DNA from: Sphaerodactylus townsendi
Lineage: Eukaryota
Direction: 5' to 3'
DNA length: 64,000 bases
Assembly: GCF_021028975.2 (NCBI RefSeq)
Contig: NC_059433.1
Span: forward strand, 44,764,001-44,828,000
The translations under genes were made by a program, and so were the position numbers. Shown here in pieces: positions 25,371 to 38,510 of this stretch. The notes under the pieces were generated by a model, which ran no database searches, had not been told where the DNA came from, and saw only the letters and a program-made list of their open reading frames with translations. Numbering within the stretch: position 1 is the stretch's first letter; each line of letters starts with the position of its first letter.

Positions 25371-28300
25371 CATAAGTGACCCTGTGCCTGTGTTCACCAT
25401 AAATGTGCCAGGAACACTGCCATGTCTACTTAATCCTCAAAAACTGGAATTGTGGTATGCATGCCCTCAGGGATAAGCTGCTAGTCCAAACTCCTCTTTA
25501 CCCCACAACCCTCCTGAAAATGGTCAGTTGAGCAAATACACACTACATGGAGGTAAAAGCTGCTGGAAGCAGCAGACTGAAGGATCCAGGCAAATCTAGG
25601 TGGTGCTGAGCTGCAAAGGTTTAACTATGTCCTCTGATCCTCGTTCCTGCCTGGTCCGATCATCATCATGCTCACTGTACAGATTGATCTAAGCATATTT
25701 ATGCCAGAAGCGAAGTGAGGGGAAACTGTGCCTAGGGAGTGGGCACGCCCTGCACCCCTGCTGTGGCGTTGCCCGCTCCCACCTCGGAATGCCCCCACAC
25801 CACCCCCTCTATGGCCCAGCCACGCCTATGCTGCTGCCCCATCCGGGGTGTCATGCCCCCCCCCCAGTCCCATGGGTGCTATGTCACGGCTTTATGCTTA
25901 GTGTTTCCTTTCTCTGCCAAACACTGCATTGTCTCACAGGTTTGGGGAGAGCTTCAATAAATCTAAATTAACATTATTCTGGTTTGCTTGAATTAGTTTT
26001 AACTGGAATTTTGCAGATCCTTGGCAAGCAGGTAAAACAATGGGAGAGATCAAGTTGCAGACTGGTAGAGATAAAGTTGATGATTCTCCCATGCTCACTC
26101 AATAGGTAAGAAACAAGCAAGGGCCTTAGGACCTGTTTGCAGCCAACATCGATCAGGAGGACAGTGACATCATTCGCCACAGAGCTTGTGTTGTGGCTTT
26201 GCAACAGCTGCAGGAGGCCTCTGTGGTTGACCAGGTCTCCTGATGTGCTCTCCCTGGCCAATCAGGTCTGCCTGGTGAGGCCAGCGGGGGTGGGGTGAGG
26301 TTCAGGCCATCAGACCATAGTAAGGGAATTTTCCCTCTGGGCCTCACTGTTCTCCTGGTCACCCTAATTGCTGGGTCTGCAATAGACAGCTCACCTGTCC
26401 TGCAGGAGTCAGATCCAAAAGCTGCAACTGAACATCATAGCACAGAGGAGGTCCATGTAAGAAGGCATAAAGGCAGATTTGGGTGAATGGTTAGGGGCAG
26501 AAGTCAAACCTGGTAAACAAAATGCAGGACAGAGGTTAAGGCTTTGCCTTCTCCATTATAAAAAAAGTGCACAGGCTAATCAAAATGAGATGCCAGAAAT
26601 CAGAGAAGCATCTCCATCCTTAAGAGAGATTTCTTATGTTAAATGTTCCTCAGCTACTTAATGTTTCTTTTTCTTAATAAGTGTTTGTATTTATGTCAAA
26701 GCTCTCTAAGCTTTCTAATGTTTATGATGAAATGATAGGATTTTTTTTCTAAATATCATTTCGTTTTGCTATATTTTTACTGTTCCATCTTCCATTCCTG
26801 TGGAGTTCTTTAGAGTTGATTAACATAGGATATCTTTGAATCATAGATAAGTTCTCATTAGACAATGAAAATGTACCCAGTTGAGCATTAAATCAGTCTT
26901 TAATAGTGCAAGCAATATGACTGAGAAAAATGTGGTTCCTAAGAAAATGAATCCAGACAGAATGAAAATCAAATTACAAAGTTTTTAGTTGATCTTGAAA
27001 GTTGGAAATAGTATATTGGATCCTTAACAGCATTTCCCCAAATAAAAAGATTTCTGCTTTTAGAGAGCAAGTATCTCATCTCCCTAGGGATGCCTGGTTT
27101 GCATCCTGACAGCTGTTCAGGGGAAGGGTCTAGGATGGAAAAGCTTTCCTGACATTTTGAAGTTATTTGCAGGTGTAGATTCAGAAGTGATATCACTGCC
27201 CCATGACATTGTAGGGATCCCCAAAATCATAGAGATCTGGTCAATTTCTTGTGTGTCATGGTGAGGAAGTGCCATCAAAAAGTCAGTGGTCTTGTTTCTC
27301 CCCCATTTATCTCCCACTGCTCACCAGACTGAAGGCACCACCTCAGTAGGTACCTCAGTAGGAACTTGCTTTTTCTCCTCATGCTGGAGCTGCAAATTCA
27401 CACCAAATAATGCTCTTGGGAGTCTCCTGTGTCCCTCAGAAATAGTATTTGAGATAATTTCAGTGGAGAGCAAGAAAGTAGTACTGTACCAGTGAAATCT
27501 TTACACCCGTGGAAACACTGTTCTGGATCCAAGCCAATGGACTGTATCCTACTACTCCATTGAGCTATGTATAGTGCCTTCCTCTACAGGAAAAACCTGT
27601 TCCCCAAAATAAAGTAACCCCTGCCCCAGAGAAGACCTTTCTGCTAGAAGAAAGTGCCATACATAGCTAAGTGGAGTGGCTGGGTAAAAATCAATTCTAT
27701 TCCGTTTTAGAGCATATAAAATGGGCATTGTTCAGTTTAATTAGTAATGTTTTAATTGTGTACATTCTACTGGATAGGACTTGTTTCACTGGGCAAAAAG
27801 ATACCACCATAAGGGAATCATTAACTATGTTTTCCTGTGGGAGGGGGGAGTCCAATTTTCATCCCCCCAAATGTTAACAGAGATCTTGTTATCTTCAGTT
27901 TCTGTATGCTTATATTTTAGCTTATGTGTATTTGTACAGTTGATTCTAGTGTTTAACTAAAGGAATAGATTCTTATGTCTTTTGATGGGAAGAATGATAC
28001 CTTTACATCAGTGGATATCATAGAATTAATACTAGCATGCACGGTTTGCTGGTGGTTTAAATGAAAGGCACATTGAAAGACCAGTGACTTACTCAGTGGG
28101 TGACAAATTTTCTTTGGGAAATAATACCACTGCCTACAGTGCATTTCTCTGTTTCAGAGGAAAAGTTTCTCTCATTTCTTTTAACAAGACTGGGGAACAG
28201 CCCAGTTTTCTAGACCTACATTACTACAGTCTGCTCTGTCAAGCAGCAAGTTGGTACTATGTTTTCTTCAGGGGAGGCAAGGAGTTAAATCACCTTCCAA

Positions 28301-30089
28301 AGATGTTACTTGACTTCTCCCAAAGGTTTGTCTTTGCAACAGAGTCCAATTTATGATCCATTGACTTGCATACCTCCCTATTGGGTCCCTTGCACTCTGA
28401 TAAAACTTCTAATTGCTAAGTTTCTTATATTGCATGGTCTTATGTAGTGGTGGGATTCAAATAATTTAACAACCAGTTCCAGTGATAAGAGAGTTACACT
28501 CTCTGTAGTTAAATTTATTCTTTCTGTTCTTAAAATTAGGAACATGTATATATTATCTAAACTGGGGAATTGATTTTTTAAAAATGTGTTTTATTATTTA
28601 ATAATTTGGGATACATTTTTTTTAATATGCCCAAGTTTTTTGGCACATAGGCACTCAATTTTTTGAACAGGAACAGGACACTCCTTTAAAAATAAAACCC
28701 ATCCCTGTGCTATGCCTGAACTTAGCTGAGAAATCTTTTTGCTGATGGGAAAAAATTGCTGAGAATTTTATCTCATATGGGTATAAATCAAACACAGTAC
28801 AGCTAGGATGTATGAACAAATTTTCAAAATAGAATAACTGTGTGATACAGCCCAACACCACATTAAATAAATGAGAAACCTAAAGACCAGGTGCTTAGAA
28901 ATATTACGTTAATTGATGACATTGGGGTATACTAATTGGTGATACCCCTGGGCTGGGCTTAATTGCCTGGTTTCCACCACTTCCTGAATCTGCTGAATCA
29001 ATGTTCTAAGTATGTGGAGTGTGTTTATGTTATTGAAGGGGAACAATAAAATACTGATTCAAAGAAAAATAGAATAAAAAAATGAACACTCATAATGAAT
29101 ATTTTTAAAAATAAAATGTCTCAAATAAACTAACAACAATAAAATATGTACAAATCCATACCAGTTTCTGGAAGAATCATCCACTCATGTGGTTTACTAT
29201 AGAGATACCTTGCTATATGGAGATCAATGTTCAGAAATTTGATACAAGTACATTGTTTTCATGTGTGCTCACAGATGACGGGAGAGGGCCTGAAAAGAAT
29301 TATGCATCGTATGTGTGAATTCAGCCTAAACCCAGCATCTTATTCAAGTTCAATTCGAGTGTCACATTTCCTTTAGTTAAAAGCAAACTTCTCTTTACCA
29401 AGTACCACCCAGCTTTCCTGTCTTTCCCTCTAATTGAAGTTGCCAGTAGGAATAACCTTGTATTTAGAATTATAGCTTGAATATTACCCCACCCTGGACT
29501 ATAAAAGAAGGGTGAAGAAAATTGGCAGATTATTTTAGTCACTATTATTGATTTTTTTAAAGATACCCGTTAATTACAGAGACTATATTAATTATTTTGC
29601 AGAACATTGGGAAGTGTCATGGTTCTTAATTTGTACTTATGACTCTGTATTAATTGTATGTCTTTGTGCTTGTAATACAACTTTTTAAAAAGAAAAAAAT
29701 TAAATATATTTTTATTTGAAGTACAAATATCAACAAGTAATAGAGACATGTGGGGTTTCTATTTTTAAACTGTACAAATCAAGGGGGAAAAACCTTGAGG
29801 CAAACTTTAATTATATCTTCGTGTTGGGTAGTAGAATTTTGATGTCTGACTCCTGTGTTGCTGGATTATTTTTATTCATCTCTCTGTCACATTTGTGTCT
29901 TGAATAAAATTGTAGTGGAGATGAATTGTTACATAATTCTTTTTAATGGCATATGGGAGCTTCCATGCTAAATCAAAGCTGCAACATACCTAAATCTGTT
30001 GAAACAGTTCGCCCTTCTTCTCTGAAATAGAATTGTCTTGCTCACCTTCCTAAATGTAACTGGAAAAACTCCATACTCACTGTGGTAGT

Positions 30090-30600
30090 CATTCTAGAAG
30101 ACCTGACCTACCACAGAGGAAACTCATGACTTAACTGTCGCTGTACAGACAGTCCTTTTCAAGCACATTGGAAGGAGATGGCTGTCTCAGGAGCAAAACT
30201 GGCATTTGTGATTATACGGGGAGATGCTGTTCAATAAGCATGAAGATCCTAGGCTGGAATGGACATTAAAATTAATAGCATTTTGCATTTGGCCTGGAAG
30301 CAAATATGTAACCAGTGTAATTGACATAACGCAGGAGCAATGTGTTCAAAGTGGCTGACAGGAATATCACTTTTATTTTGTACCAGGTGAAGTTTCTGAG
30401 ACTTTTTAATGGCAGCTTCACAAAGCATATTGCCATAATTCAATCTGGAGGTTACATTTGTATGAATCAGTATGGCTAGATCAGTAGAGTCTGAAGAATA
30501 GGCCATTGTCCAAGAAAGCCATAACTGAAAGAAGGTGCTCTTAGCAGTAGTGCTTACCTGTATATTCATCAATAAAGCTGGGCCCAGCAGTAGTGCCTGA
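30090..30600 (-). mobile_element. L2 LINE ORF2 C-terminal remnant
   Basis: ORF 30249-30572 contains DLAILIH..VTSRLNYGN..KLHLVQN..HIAPALCQLHWL, the typical L2-clade signature. Confidence 0.85.
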
Positions 30601-33229
30601 ACAACCCTTGGGTAGCAAAACAGTTCTTACTGCTTAAGGGTTTTTCAAAAGCTTACTTGTTTCGAAAAACTGAAGGTGGGGGGACTCAAGTCTTCAAGAC
30701 AAGTAACTATGGTACTTGTTACTTGCTTTTCACATTCCTTGGCTGTTTTTCTGCTATAAGGAGGATTCCAGCATATGACACCTTGAATTCAAGGACACAG
30801 CGCAGAATACTCTATTCTCTTTTTTTCTAAAAGCTCTTTGTCCCTCCTAGCAGCCAGGTAAGTCATGCTCCCTGGATGCATTCTCTAATAGATTTTGTAA
30901 AGTCTTTTAACTGAGCTAATGCACTGTACCCATTCACGAGTATGCAAACTGGTAATTTCCACACTGAATAATGATGGCTACCTCTTTATCTAATAATGAC
31001 AAGTCAGTGTCAAAATTATGCCATTAAAAGTTTATATATATATAAGTCAGTGTCAAGTGAAATTTTTAACTGTCTTATTTGAAAGCTGCCCTTCATAATC
31101 AAAGACAGAAGCTTCATATATTCTTTTGCTTAGACATGAAGAGATCATGCTGAGATAAGAGACAAAGGAAGGTTCAGGTATGACTGTACAAAGAACAGTC
31201 TCCTGTTTCTTTTCTGACTATAATGGGAAGTATGGCAGTGAAGGAGTGAGAAAGGAAGAGGGGGTATTTTTTTAAAAGACTGAGGAGTCTGAATTCCAAC
31301 GACCACCAGTACAACATCCCAGCAAGCAAAATCACAGTGACTCAGCGATCACTATAGATATCTAGGAGTAATGTTTTCTATGGGAGTGTATGCCATTTTC
31401 TCTGGTATTTCAGATTTGGGTTCATTGGATCTGACATCTTTTGGCAAAGGTGAAAAAATATGAATACTCATAACATTAAAAAAATTCTGACTTTTTCCCA
31501 GAAATCCAAAAATGTATGGCTATATCAAAATCTATGGGGTTTTTTTAATAGGCTCTGGGGTCTGTTTTTTAAGGTAGAGACACCACATATGGAGTATAGC
31601 TGCAGGTGGCTTAGAAAAACCTCCAAGTTTTGTGAAGTTTGGGTGGGGGGTCCAATTCTATGAGCACCCAAATGGAACAGAACTGGGTGCCCATATAATT
31701 GAATGCCCCTAACCAAACTTCACCACTCTTGGGGGTTCTGCAAGGAGAGTCACCAATAGCTGTAGTGCAAATTTGGTTCTTCTACCTTGAAGAAAACCCA
31801 GAACCACATAAACATCTCCAACTGAATGCAAATGGAGCAAAGCAATAACACAGGTCCCTCCTCTCATTGTTTCCAAACGTTTTGTTAAAAAATCACCTAA
31901 CTTGACCTTGCTTCAAAGAGGTGTTTTTCCTTTTATTTATTTATTGTTTGTTTAAAGGCCAACTACCCTGTGATGTCCAATTCTAGAACCTGTTTAAGGT
32001 TAACCTTCAGCTGTGCTGGAGATGGTATGTTAATACTTTTCAAAAACACAGAAGTAACTGCATTAACATTTGTCCTGGCTGCTCTACTGCAAGCTTCCCC
32101 AATTCCAAATAAAAGAATTGAGAAGAGATCCTCTTCAAAGCTTCTGCCTAAACTGTAATTGTAATAAAGCTCAAAGACAGCACCAAAATGGTTAAAGTAT
32201 GCTAACTAATCATTTGACAAACAAGATCCTTCACTCTTCAGAACACCTACCACAAGTCAAGAGAAAGAAACTGAAGTCCTATACCATAGTTAAAAATATA
32301 GGGTTTTTAATCCAATCCTAACACACCCTTATTAAAAATAGTCTCTAATTAAATCTTTCAACTATTGTATCAAAATTGCTCAAATGAAACCTACAAGGAG
32401 AAGCACAGAAGTGTAACTCATCAAAGCAAGAATGAACAGACCCCCCCCCCACCCAATCACCCTGCAAACCCTTTAAATGAATTAAGGAAAACCAGGGAAC
32501 AAGAACCTGGCCATCCACAATACCTCAACACTACAGAGAAACAACCTGAAAATGAAAGAGGGAGGAAGAATCAATGCAAAAAGCTGAAAGAGTCCCATTC
32601 CCCCCGACCCTAAAACCCAGAGAACCCAGAGAAAGAAACTCAAAGAAAAAACCTTGGATTTGGGGTGAGAAGACACACAATGCAGTACTTGTTTAAAAAA
32701 TCGTAGCCTCCCACACAAAGGCAAATTTTTTAAAAAAACTCTGCAAGCAGTCAAACAGCAGAAGAAAAATGTGCAACAGGCACACTTCCTTCAAAAAAAT
32801 TAAACCAAATAATTTAGAAAATAAACCAATTATTTCAAACTGGTCAACATCTTTTCCAGGTAGCAAGAAGGCACCAGCAATCCAACACAGGCATCTAGTA
32901 ATCCAAGGAATGTAATACAGTTGAGGTACCAGAAACTCAGAGGGAGCAGCAGCAGCAGTTAAAGTCAAACTTTGCACTGAAGTCTCTCAAACTTTTGTCT
33001 GGAATTGGTGTGCTGGAACCAGGCCTTCTATTTATGCTCTTTAGCTATGCACAGAAAAATCTGAAACAAATCCAGGCCAAAAACACGTTCTATCATAGGC
33101 CAAAGGGAAGCATTTTCCCTTATCCACCAGAGTACCAGTCAAGGTAACTTGTTAGGGAGGAGAGTTAAAATTTAAATCCTTGTGACTGAGCTTTAATTTT
33201 TTTAGCATTAAAAAAATTGCCTTGGCACT

Positions 33230-33680
33230 TGTTAATTGCACCAAGAGTAACAATTGTATTCTGTTGGAAATCTGATAAAGATCTTACAACAGAATTTTGG
33301 GAAGATAAAATCAGAGAATATGCTATTATGGCTAAACTAACAAATTATGTAAATAGATGGCCAAAACCTGAATTTGATTAGAGATGGGAACTTCACTTTT
33401 TATATGAAGCTGAATTGATCATGTAAAATTAAAAATAATTTGAGGATTAATAATTTGATAATTATTAATATTTAAGAGACCAACCAGTAAAGGTGTTTTA
33501 GAGTCAGTGGATGGAAGACAGTGACTTTTCTGATGTTTTCTCTGATAATATTAGAATGTCACATTGGGATACATTTTGTAATGATTATATAAACATAGCC
33601 TTGGGTAGATGTTTCTCTGTTATGTTCATATATTTCTCTACCTCTGTCAAGTATACAGTGAAAATTAATTAAAAATGTAA
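33230..33680 (+). mobile_element. Possible L1/Tx1-like 3' remnant
   Basis: Degenerate ILLEI..WEDKIREYAIMAKL-like reading followed by an AT-rich tail. Confidence 0.35.
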
Positions 33681-36125
33681 AAAACATTTTTTAAATGTCC
33701 TAACTGGGCCGTGGGAACTGGACCATGGAAAAAGCTGAAAAGTCATTAAAAGTTGCAACATTTTTTTTTACCTTTTCAGCTTTCAGTTTTTGGGCTTCAT
33801 CTGGATAGCCTTTTTTGGTTTGTTTTTGGTTTATTTTCAGTTCAGCTTATCTTGATGCATAGCCCTATGCATAGCCTAATAATTCTCATTCTTTCAAACT
33901 GTGAAAGTGAGAGTCATGAAATCCTGCAACCATTTTCAAGCTGTCTGTTCAAATCTGACATCTCCAAATAAAATCTACCATTTCTTACTTTAGGAATTGA
34001 CTACCAGTCATATGGTAATAGACAGAAGGCTATTGGCCTGTCTACATTCTCAGTAATACCAATTTCTCCAGCAAAGAGGAATCCAGGTCAGTGATATTAC
34101 CTCTGAATAATTTAAGCTTATTAATCACATAAGTGATTTATTGCATTATTTTAATGGATTGGAATGTGAACCACAGCAAACACCATCACATTCCTACCTA
34201 TGAATACAGGAAGATTAACTCCTCTAAAATTATGACCACATATAGCCAGCAGTAATTTTTCTAGCTTCTGTCAGTATCCGATGACGTTTAAGTGAGTTAA
34301 CTTAGCTGAAGGAATGTCCTATAGTTACAGAAGGACCATGTATATATTTTAGTATTTAGTATTTTAGTACCAGTGTCTATAATTGTGAGCAATAATGGGC
34401 AAATTTTGTATGCTGATTTTGTATGTTTATTTTATGCCAATAAAGGCTTGTGTATCTGTGTGTAACTCCTCTAAAATGGTGACATTACCATTTACAGTTT
34501 TGTAAAAAATAACTTCAAAAATCTGCAGCCTGATTATTTGGGAAAACTCTTTAATCAATGAGATGGTTTTCATTGGTTAATGTCAATCCTAGTTCACACT
34601 AAGCAAGTTTGCACTGAGTAGAGATGTGCATTTTGAAAGGAACTAGTAAAAACTCATCTAAATGTTTACATTTTTTATTAAAAATGAAAAGGTTACATCA
34701 AATATTTGGGGACACTGCAACTCTACTACTATCTTTATCTTTCCATTTCCTCAGGAAAGTGAGGAAGAGAATGTTTTTGCAGATTTGACCCTGACTGGGA
34801 CATTATACAGCCTGAAGATTTAGCCCATGTTCATGCCAAATCAACATACAGGCACATACATTACTGACTGAACCAGTGTCCTAATTTCATTGAAGAATCT
34901 AAACAAAATTTCTTATGAACAACAAGAGGTCAAATCTGAATCAGGTTTATTTGTACATCCCCTATTCGTAGAATGTGAAATCCCTACTGCTCCCAAATTT
35001 CTCTATTTCATTATTCAACATTTTTATTGCAAAGACACTGTTAATGAATAAAGTCTATCATCATATCTTAAAAATAAACAGGTCAAAAGCTAAGTTTCTT
35101 GTAGTAGCTTGGAGGTTATTACTGCTTTTAGTCTCAGTCCTCTGACCTTCTAATCCTCATGTACTTACTACTGATATATCAATCAAAGATAGCAAAATCT
35201 GCAGTGGACTGCATTATTTAGTGAATCTGTTTGATAAAAGAGGGATGAAAGCTAAAATGTTCGTATCATGGGTAAGTAATAAACAAACGAACAAAACAGA
35301 GGGAAAAGGCAGCATGTAGGGTGCATGGGAATTGGCAGATCATCCTTAGGGATACTATTTTTTAAATGGTCTATTGCAAACCTAAAACTATTTACAATCC
35401 ATCTATACTTCCCGTGGATCTGATCAGTGCAATTGAAAGTGAAATTCAAACTTTTTAACAAATCAGGTTTTGTAGCCTTTTTTGTCATTTATTAGCTAAT
35501 TAATAACTTTCTTTTACTTTAGTTTCTGGACAGAGTGTATGATTAAATATATGATCGTAATGTGTAGGATTAGATTTTAATAGGTTATTAGATTTACTGG
35601 AGGATAAATATAGACAGTTAAGACTGGGAATGCTGTTTAAATTTAGAGGCTATTAAACCTATGACAAAAGAGCCAGAGATTTAGAATATGCTCAATAATT
35701 TATCAGGCTGCTAAAGAGCACACCTTTTTTTGTTGGTACCCTTATTTAACTTATGCTAAGATTTATGCCTCCAGGGGTCTAGCAGCCAGTTTAATGAAGG
35801 TGGAGCAATAGAGTGTTGAAGTCATAAAAGATCATTGTTGGATAAGCTTAAGAAGACTATCCAGGAAAATGGACTTTTAAAATAACTAGAAAGGAAAAGT
35901 TTGGTTTAGTACCACGCTCTCATGTTCTTTTACTGCTAGACATCCTGTGTGAATAGGACATGAATGATCACTATTCACTATTGAAGCTACTTTCACCCTA
36001 ATTTCATGTAGTTTTCCAAACGAAATTAACAGCGCATAAGTTTTATGCACACATACAATGCATTAGGGACCACAAAGGCAAATTATATAGCACAAATGTA
36101 TGAACACAAGTAAATGCAGCGCCGG

Positions 36126-36255
36126 ACTTACCTGGGGGCTGGGGAGGGGTGAGCAAACAGGCTGGGCTACGGTGAGCGTGGCCGTATCCGGGCCGGATTC
36201 ATGTGTTGAGGGCCCCTTCACATGACAAGGGAGCCTGGGCGTGCCTTTAAAAGGC
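36126..36255 (-). promoter_or_regulatory. Candidate promoter and non-coding first exon
   Basis: A local CpG cluster lies outside recognisable repeats. On the minus strand there is a TATA-like TTTTAAA (36246-36252), a GTCATGTGA E/M-box (36218-36226), and a perfect CAG|GTAAGT donor with the exon ending at 36132. Confidence 0.4.
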
Positions 36256-36333
36256 AGCGCCTGGCTTTGTTTGAAGATTATATTAAAAAGTGTGTTAAGA
36301 TTTCCCATGGGGTGACAGATGTGACAAGTTGGT

Positions 36334-36738
36334 AAGAAGAAGAAGAGGAGGGAGCAGGAGTAGTAGTTTAGATTTATACCCCACCTTTCTCTTCTGTGAG
36401 AAGACTCAAGGTGGCTTAGAAGTCCTTTCCCTTCCTCTCCCCACAACAGACACCTTGTGAGGTAGGTGGGGCTGAGAGAGTTCCAAAGAACTTTGACTAG
36501 CCCAAGGTCACCCAGCAGGAATGTAGAAACATATCTGGTTCACCAGATAAGCCTTCACCACTCAGGTGGAGGAGTGGGGAATCAAACCCAGTTCTCCAGA
36601 TTAGAATCTATCTGTTCTTAACCACTAATTAGTGGCGAACCAATTGGCCATGCTGGCAGAAGCTGATGGGAATTGTAGTCTATGAACATCTGGAGTGCCA
36701 TAGGTTCGCCACCACGGCACTACACCAAGCTGGCTCTC
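36334..36738 (-). mobile_element. Squam3-like SINE interrupted by a hAT MITE
   Basis: Reverse-complement SINE whose head cttaaccacta|...|cactacaccaagctggctctc is split by the insertion. Confidence 0.85.
36630..36717. mobile_element. Internally deleted small hAT MITE
   Basis: gtggcgaacc / ggttcgccac inverted ends, with a body shared with 24900-24965. Confidence 0.7.
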
Positions 36739-37131
36739 ATGCTGGCTCTCTCTTAGGTGAGTTTGACCAATATGCTTGAAATTTCACTTCAAGAATCAAG
36801 GAAAATAATGATAAAATATGGTACCTACACTCCACAATGGCAAGTAAACATTAAAGACAGAATATAGCAAGTAAACATTAAGGAGAAAATATAGCAATGG
36901 TCACATTTACCCAGTGAATTCTTGGTGAATTCCAATCAACCCAATTCAGAATTGGGTTGACTGAAGATATTGTTAAAGAATGGGCAGGAAACAATCTCAT
37001 ATGGTAAAGTGATTCATAATGTAAACATGTACTGACCATATATTCAGTTTAAGCCTATTTTAGTGTAAAATTCTGGACACAAACATAACTAACACTGAAT
37101 TAGGAGTTTAGGGAAAAAAGACTGCTGAAAA

Positions 37132-37335
37132 GTATTGTTGAAGGCTTTCATGGCCACATTCAACTGGTTGTGGTGGGTTTTCTGGGCTGTGTGGCCGTGG
37201 TCTGGTGGATCTTGTTCCTAACGTTTTGCCTGCATCTGTGGCTGGCATCTTCAGAGGTGTATCACAGAGAAAAGTCTGTTACACACAAGATCCACCAGAC
37301 CACGGCAACATAGCCCAGAAAACCCACCATAAGCA
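37132..37335 (-). mobile_element. Mini Penelope-like insertion with inverted pLTR segment
   Basis: A minus-strand pLTR (37132-37285) is followed by an inverted partial copy (37285-37335), flanked by an 11-bp direct repeat ACTGCTGAAAA (37121-37131, 37336-37346). Confidence 0.8.
37217..37257 (-). ncRNA. Degenerate minimal hammerhead motif
   Basis: The minus strand reads CCT-CTGAAGA-T-GCC...GGC-AAAA-CGTT-AGG. Confidence 0.5.
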
Positions 37336-37599
37336 ACTGCTGAAAAAGTTATTTTTTTCTAGGAAACCAGAGTTAATCCAAAAGATGCTGTAGAGCTTGT
37401 GCAGGAAAGAAGCTGTGGGAACCCTAGAGAATTTATTTCCATCTCGGAAGGCAAAAGAATTTGTTTTTCTGTCTTATCCCTACAACTTTATTTTCTTGAC
37501 CTTTTTACATTTATGGTGAGGAGGCAAAAACAGTCCTCCCACAAGCATCAGTATTTAATGCATTTCTGTAATACAACACTTGATCTTAGCCAAAAGGCC

Positions 37600-37945
37600 G
37601 AGAAGATTTTATTGGAAGAAGGGTTCTCTCAATATAGAGGCGGCTCTAAAGCTGTTCAAAGCTAAATCCTTGACACAAATGTCATACGGTTCAATCTTTA
37701 GTGTGGGACATGATAATAGGGTTTTAGAAAGAATCCAATCTAAATTTTTAAGAACTATTTTTCAGGCACCCTCTTACATTTCAAATGCTGCCATTAGACT
37801 GGATGCTGGCTTAATTTCAGTTGAGGCTAGAATATGGCAAGCAAGTTTTTTGTATTGGCTCAGGATATTTGACACCACAAAAGGTCTACTACATTTTATC
37901 AGTAAGGACACATATAAATCTCCTTGGGGACAAAAAGCATTTCTG
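37600..37945 (+). mobile_element. LINE RT C-terminal fragment (RTE-X-like)
   Basis: AALKLFKAK..MSYG..LERIQSKFLRTIFQAPSYISNAAIRLDAG matches the post-RT pattern of non-LTR retrotransposons. Confidence 0.7.
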
Positions 37946-37948
37946 TTA

Positions 37949-38510
37949 GGCCGTTTATGCACGGCCTCCGGTCGCCCCCACGCCGGCGAGAGTTTCGCCG
38001 GCGTGGGGGCGGGAGCCTGCTCGCACGGAAGCGTGCGAGCAGGCGAGGGGGAGGCCGGCAGAAGGCAGGCGGCTCCGCACGGAGCCGCCTGTTCCTCCCT
38101 CCACTTACCGTGTCCTTCCTTCGCCGCCTCGCGAAAGCTGCGTCGCAGCCTTGGCCCTTTATCGCTGCCCCTCCGATGACCCTGGAGGGTCGGAGGGACA
38201 GTGTGATGGGCTGCGACTCCCGCAGACGGCGGTAGAAGCGACACGGTAAGTGGGTAGGAAGCTGCCGCGCGGTTCGTCACCGCCTTGATTACGCCGAAGA
38301 GCGCTCCCTCCCCAACAACAACCTCTTAAAGGGTTTAGGGTTTAGAAACACAGAGGCCGCCCTGCGGGGAGGGAAGCGGCAATTTCAGGTGCGCCCGCTG
38401 CTTCGCTGTTGCAGCAGCGGCGCCATGTGCGACCTTGGCGACCTGTGGGCGGCGTTTTTACCGCCTCCATGAGCGCGTGTCGTATTTGGGCCGACTGCAT
38501 AAACGTGCGA
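37949..38510. mobile_element. GC-rich PIF/Harbinger-like MITE
   Basis: GGCCGTTTATGCA / TGCATAAACG ends, central imperfect palindrome at 38103-38251, CpG-rich. Confidence 0.75.

Noticed and set aside
29275-29308. Possible plus-strand micro-exon (MTGEGLKRIMH or DDGRGPEKNYAS), and similar candidates near 35190-35270 and 50890-50927
   Set aside because: Only splice-like dinucleotides support them. The peptides are unrecognised and cannot be chained into a gene model.
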